Shown: positions 46,470-51,256 of the stretch, piece by piece
Numbering within the stretch: position 1 is the first letter of the stretch
Layout of the letters: every line of letters starts with the position of its first letter
NCBI GenBank assembly: GCA_963575745.1
Contig: CAUYUJ010000059.1
Coordinates: 620,001-671,256, forward strand
Direction of reading: 5' to 3'
DNA from: Prorocentrum cordatum
Lineage: Eukaryota
Length of the DNA stretch: 51,256 nucleotides
Made by a program: the position numbers and the translations under genes
Notes under the pieces: model-generated
The model's database searches: none
Told to the model about the DNA's origin: nothing
Seen by the model: only the letters and a program-made list of their open reading frames with translations

Positions 46470-47780
46470 GTTCTCAAGCAGTGCTTGCACTTAGGGGTTC
46501 TTACGCCGTATCTAAGGAACTGTGAATGCCCGCCGGTATAACGGCTATGTGGTCGCCGTCGCCGCCTTGTCACAGTTTCATCGCCGCCCGTTTCTGGGTT
46601 TGCCCGTCGATCTGGCGGTTGTGTGGTCGCCGACGCCGCCCCGTCGTTTGCAGCTTTCTGAGCTTGCCAGTCGGTCTGGCAGCTCGGTCTGGCTGCTGTG
46701 TGGTCGCCGTCACGGCCCCGTTGCCGTCTGGGCCTGCGTTAGTTTGCAGCGTGCTGCGGTATTCCGATTTGCATGATTGGTTTGCACTGTTGCATTTCGT
46801 TGCCTTCCCCCGCACTGCTTTACATTGATGTGCGTTGTTTTGCATTGGTTAGTCTTGCTGTACGGTGAGTTGCATTGCTTCGCATTGCGTTGCACTGTTC
46901 CTCGCTATTGTTCACTCCCAGAACAGCGCCTGTTCTTAGGAGTTCCCATTCGTCTTCTCAGGAACTGGGCCTGCGGGCCGCTCTGGCCGCCATGTGGCCG
47001 CCGTCGCCGCTTCGTCACCGCCCGTCGCCGCCCGTCGCTTGGGCCTGCGGGCCGCTCAAGACGCCATGTGGCCGCCGTCGCCACATCGTCGCCGCCCGTC
47101 GCCGCCTCGTCACTGCCCGCCGCCTCCTCGCCGCCCGCTTTGCATTGCTTCGCAGTGCTCGGCATGGCTTGGCATGGCTTGGCATTGTGTTGCATTGCTG
47201 TGCTTCGCATAGCTTTGCGGTATGTTGCACTGATGTGCGCTATGTCATTGCAATCGCGCTCCTTTGCAACCGCATCGCACTGCAATGGTTGACACTGGCT
47301 CGCATGACGTTGCATTGCTGCGCCGCGCCTTTTATATCATCTGCACTGCGCTGCGTTGCTTAACGTTGATTTGCACTATGCTGTATCGCGTTGTCTTGCT
47401 TTGCACTGCTGCATTCCCGAAACAGTGCTTGCACTCAGGGGGGCTCTGACTTGTCTTCTAAGGACCTGCGCGGCGGTGTCGGTCTGGCGGCTGTGCAGCC
47501 GCCGCCGCAGCCCCGTTGCCGCCTCGTCGCCAGCCGCCGCCTCTTTGCCGCCCGTCGCCGCCCGTCGCCGCCCGTCGTCTGGGCACCGTATTGCAATCGC
47601 GTTGCATTGCAATCGCGCTTCTTTGCAGTTCATTGCGTTCCGTTCCTTCTCCTTGCGTTGCATTCCTCTGCGTGACTCGGCATGGCATTACATTGATGTG
47701 CAATGCTTCGGTTGCGTTGGACTGCACAGGTTGACATCGATTGTACCGCATCGGCTGTACCACATGGATTGCATCACTGC
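46470..47780. repeat. Three diverged ~450-500 bp composite tandem units (head, GTCGCC block, TTGCA block)
   Basis: Heads cagtgcttgcacttagggg (~46480), cagcgcctgttcttaggag (~46924) and cagtgcttgcactcagggg (~47423), each followed by ...aggaact/aggacct, a gccgtcgcc block and a ttgcattgc block. Confidence 0.8.
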
Positions 47781-47799
47781 ACCACCTAGATTTCAACCC

Positions 47800-47957
47800 A
47801 TGGATTTCACCGCATACATGTATACACATAGGTGTATAAATATGTGTATATATACATGTATGCACATACATATCTGTATATATCTATATAGATGTAATAG
47901 ATAGATGGATGGATGGATAGATAGATAGATAGATATATCGATAGATATATATAGACA
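47800..47957. repeat. (TA/CA)n, (GGAT)n and (GATA)n compound microsatellite
   Basis: Directly visible. Confidence 0.9.
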
Positions 47958-49080
47958 TCTAAGAAATAAGCCCCCCCCCGCCTGGGGGCGGCCACTCCGC
48001 AACCATCCAGGAATAATTTGAAATACCCTCCCGGTTCGCTTCCCAGAGGCGGCCCAGAGAGGGCGAGGGCCCCAGAAAGCGCCCAGCAGGGTCCAAGAGG
48101 CCTGCAAGACAACCCAAGAGCGCTCCAAGACGCCCAAGATGGCCCCAAGACGGCCCAAGAGGCCCCTAAGAAGCCCCAGGAGCGCTCGAAGAGGACCCCC
48201 AAGAGGGCCCAAAGAGGCAAACATCAGTGATTTTCCTCGTGTTTTTCTAAGTTGTTCGCGTTCTTGCGTTATGGACTTCCGACGCTCCAAGATGGCCCCA
48301 GAGGCCCCCAAGACCGCCTCAAGATTGTCGAGGAGGTCTCCGAGGGCCCCAAGACGGTCCAAAAGGGCCTCAAAACGGCCCAAGAGGCGCCAAAGATCGC
48401 CCAAGATGGCCCCAAGACGGCCCCAAGAGAGGCCCAAGAGGGGGAGCACGAACCAACAATTCGAGCCCAAGAAGCCCCCAGGAGGCCCCAAGAAGCCCCC
48501 AAGAGAGCCCAAGACGCCCCTTAGAGGCCCCAGCCCCCAAGAGGCTCCCGAGAGGTTTCCCGCGATATCCAAACGACCTTCCAAGAGGCCTCTAACCCAC
48601 AACCCAAGCACGGTGGCGGGATGGGCCGAGGGCCATTAGACGGCCCAAGACGGCCTCCAGACGGCCCAAGAGGCCCCCAAGATACCCAAGAGGCCTCGAA
48701 GAGTCCTCCCAAGCGAACTGGAAGAGGCCGAAAGACATTGATGTTCCTCAGGTGTTTGAACAGCTTTGGCGTTTCCGCCTGTTCCGCTTCCCGACGTTGC
48801 AAGACGCCCAAGAGGCCCCGAGGGTCGCCCCAAGACCGGCAATAGGCTTAAAAAGTGCCCCAAGACGGCCCCACGACGGCTCCAAAACGGCCGAGGAGAC
48901 GTCCAAGACGGCCCGAGAGGGCCCCAACCGCGGCCCGGGATCGGGAACGTGAGCTGAGAACCCGAGATCTTCGCCCCAGGACACCCCCAGGAGGCCTCAA
49001 GAGGCCCCCAAGAAGCCCAGAGGAGGCCCAAAAGAGCTCCAAAAGAGGCCCCGAGGCCATTTGAAAAAAGGGAGTTCCAA
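47958..49080. repeat. Second cluster of (CCCCAAGA)-based composite repeats
   Basis: Dense ggccccaagag/ccaagacggc motifs with AT-rich spacers (~48221-48270, ~48735-48790) resembling the acattgattttcc block of 41188-42290. Confidence 0.85.
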
Positions 49081-49147
49081 CATGTCCCTTTTCTTCCAAA
49101 TTCGCCTGGCAGCTTGGCTACGCTTGCGAAAAAATAAACATCAGATG

Positions 49148-49680
49148 TCGTCCTCCTCCTCCTCCTCCTCCTCCTCCTCCTCCTCCTCCTCCTCCTCCTC
49201 CTCCTCCTCCTGTCGTTCCTCCTTCTCTGCGGCCTCCTCATCTTCATGCTCCTTCTTCTCCCCCAGGGATCCACTTCACCGCCCCTTTTCCTCTCTCTCC
49301 CTCCGGCTACGTCCAGCCGCGGCGAAGAGAAGGGCCCCAGAAGTGCCTCTTGGGCCTGTTTTGGGCCGCCGTGGGTGGACCGTAGGAAGTCCTGGAAGCC
49401 ACTTGGGCCGTCTTCGTGGTTCTTGGAAGCCCCAGAGAAACAGTGTCATAAAATAGAGGTCGCCGAGAGTTCGACCATCCAGACTAACTAGAATTCGAGC
49501 GCGCAAGATGGCTTTAGATTATCTCTCTCTTTCTCTCTCTTATCTCTCTCTATAGCTATAAATGTAGACACACAAACATATATATATATATATATATATA
49601 TACATACATATATATATATATATATATATCATGTGCGTCCTCCCTCTAATGTTTGTTTTTTCTCTCTCTCTCTCTCTCTC
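49148..49680. repeat. (CCT)n, (CT)n and (TA)n microsatellites
   Basis: CCT 49148-49210; CT ~49522-49550 and ~49661-49681; TA 49578-49629. Confidence 0.9.
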
Positions 49681-50445
49681 TGCGGATATACAGAAATACA
49701 TCTAAAATGCCACATCTAATGATGTAGGCTGTCAGTAGCAGAGTGTTGTCCCAAGACGGCTCCAACAATGGCGACGCTGGCTCCAGCATGGGAGAATATG
49801 GGACGGCGGAGGGGGAGGAGGTGGAGCTGTACGACGCCCCTCCAGTCCGCGCCCCCAGGCCCGATCGTTGCACGCCTTGCTTGCCGCTTGGGGGGCATCA
49901 GTGGACATGAGGTAGCGGCCAGCTTGCCATCGGAAAGCGTCTCCGGGTCCGATCGTCATCGTGCCTTGCCTGCATTTCAGTGGGCTTCGCGCCGCGCAAC
50001 GGTTGACATGGCGAGGGAGGCGGTCTTCTAGGCATAGAGCTCTGTAGACCAAGGGAGGAGAAACCACCCCAACCCCCATGTTTGGCGTTAACTAAGCCGT
50101 CTCGGGCGCTTCCCAAACAGTCCTGCCATCCTGCCATGCGATAGTTTTAGGCGCGGTTGCTAAAGGTTCCGCTTGTGGGGGTGCTTATTATGAGGGTGGT
50201 TATGCTGCCCTGTGTTGCGAAGGAATGGCCAGTTCTTGGAGAGGTATCACGAAGCGTTTTGGACGGCAGGAGAGCTTCTGCGAGACCGGTGCGCTCTCGG
50301 AAGGCCGCCCCCCTCGCTCTCCGCTCTGTTTGCGCGCCGCGGGGGGGCAGCGGTGGACCCGAAGCGGTGGCCAGCTTGCCGTCGGGAAAGCGAGGTCCGT
50401 TGCCCGCGAGTCGTGTCTGTCCGCAGGCATCGTGCTTGACGGTGT

Positions 50446-50446
50446 G

Positions 50447-50477
<31 letters not shown>

Positions 50478-50533
50478 ATATATATATTCACATATATATA
50501 TACACATATATATATACACATCTATATTTATAT
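50446..50533. repeat. (TA/CA)n microsatellite
   Basis: Directly visible. Confidence 0.9.
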
Positions 50534-51154
50534 GTAGTTGTTTCCTCGTCCTCACCCTCGTGTGCGAGTCCAAGGTGCACTTAAACTGAGCTCGCCCCGG
50601 GTCAGCAGAAGATGCGTGGGCGGCCGTCCACGGCTGTACGTTTCGGAAGCCCAGGCGGTTTTCACTCCCCAATAGGAGTTGGGAAAGGACGGCCAAGTCG
50701 TCGCCCTCATTCTCCTAATTCTCTTCGTCGTCATCCAGCCGACGTGTCAGGTGTGCCCGCGCCTGCTGCCTACGCAGGGACGCGTTATTATTGTCTGCGG
50801 TCGTCTCCTCGTCGTTATTCTCTCGATCCTCCTCCTCCACTGAGGACCCCCTCGATTGCCGCAGAACGCCCCAGGGTCCCCAAGACCTTGTTGGAGGCCC
50901 TTCAAAACCTAAAGAACCAGCGCGAGCTGGCAGACAACAAACAGAACGTGTTTCGGGTGTGCTCAAGAACCATGACTCCCCTCTCGTCATCATCGTCCTT
51001 CCAACTTCCCTGCATGTTCATAAGTACTATATCATGGCTGCTCCGATGAATTAAGAACTCTTCATCCGTCTAATCGTCATCCTTCCTCTTCGTGTTCCTC
51101 CTTCCCGTTCTCTTCCTCATCACCGTTATATCACCACAATCATCCTAGTTACTA

Positions 51155-51256
51155 TTCCTCCTCCTCCCCCCTCCTGCCCCATCCTCCTGCCCACCCCCTC
51201 CTCCCCCCCTCCTCCCCCCCATCCTCCTCCTCCTCCTCCTCCTCCTCCTCCTCCTC
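51155..51256. repeat. (CCT)n/C-rich tract to window end
   Basis: Directly visible. Confidence 0.9.

Noticed and set aside
49900..50420. Direct repeat ggccagcttgcc.tcgg.aaagcg (~49917 and ~50369) as LTRs
   Set aside because: Only about 25 bp match; no TG..CA ends, PBS/PPT or internal coding motifs.

Overview
GC-rich, repeat-dense eukaryotic genomic DNA, not prokaryotic. GT/GC/GA splice donors, exons that all end in AG and the repeat landscape point to a dinoflagellate (Prorocentrum-like; organism is inference). Most of the window lies inside one + strand gene that the ORF track misses: a VAMP7/longin-type R-SNARE. I assembled six short exons in consistent phase (3994-4041, 22757-22815, 32695-32765, 34004-34070, 39787-39886, 45869 onward); its 5' exons were not found and are probably upstream of the window. 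The 1.2-18.7 kb introns and flanks hold decayed retroelements: a ~6 kb LINE with RNase H placed before EN-RT and ending in what looks like the start of a cytosine methyltransferase domain, a DIRS-like tyrosine-recombinase element plus a second possible pol fragment, and several LINE 3' remnants. They also hold MITE-like palindromes, a tandemly duplicated 1.4 kb inverted-repeat element with a (GGT)n core, minisatellites (~83, 90, ~300 and ~470 bp units) and many microsatellites. Nearly all long ORFs in the supplied track are repeat artefacts. No rRNA, tRNA or CRISPR array was seen. All family calls are by eye from motifs; no database search was run.
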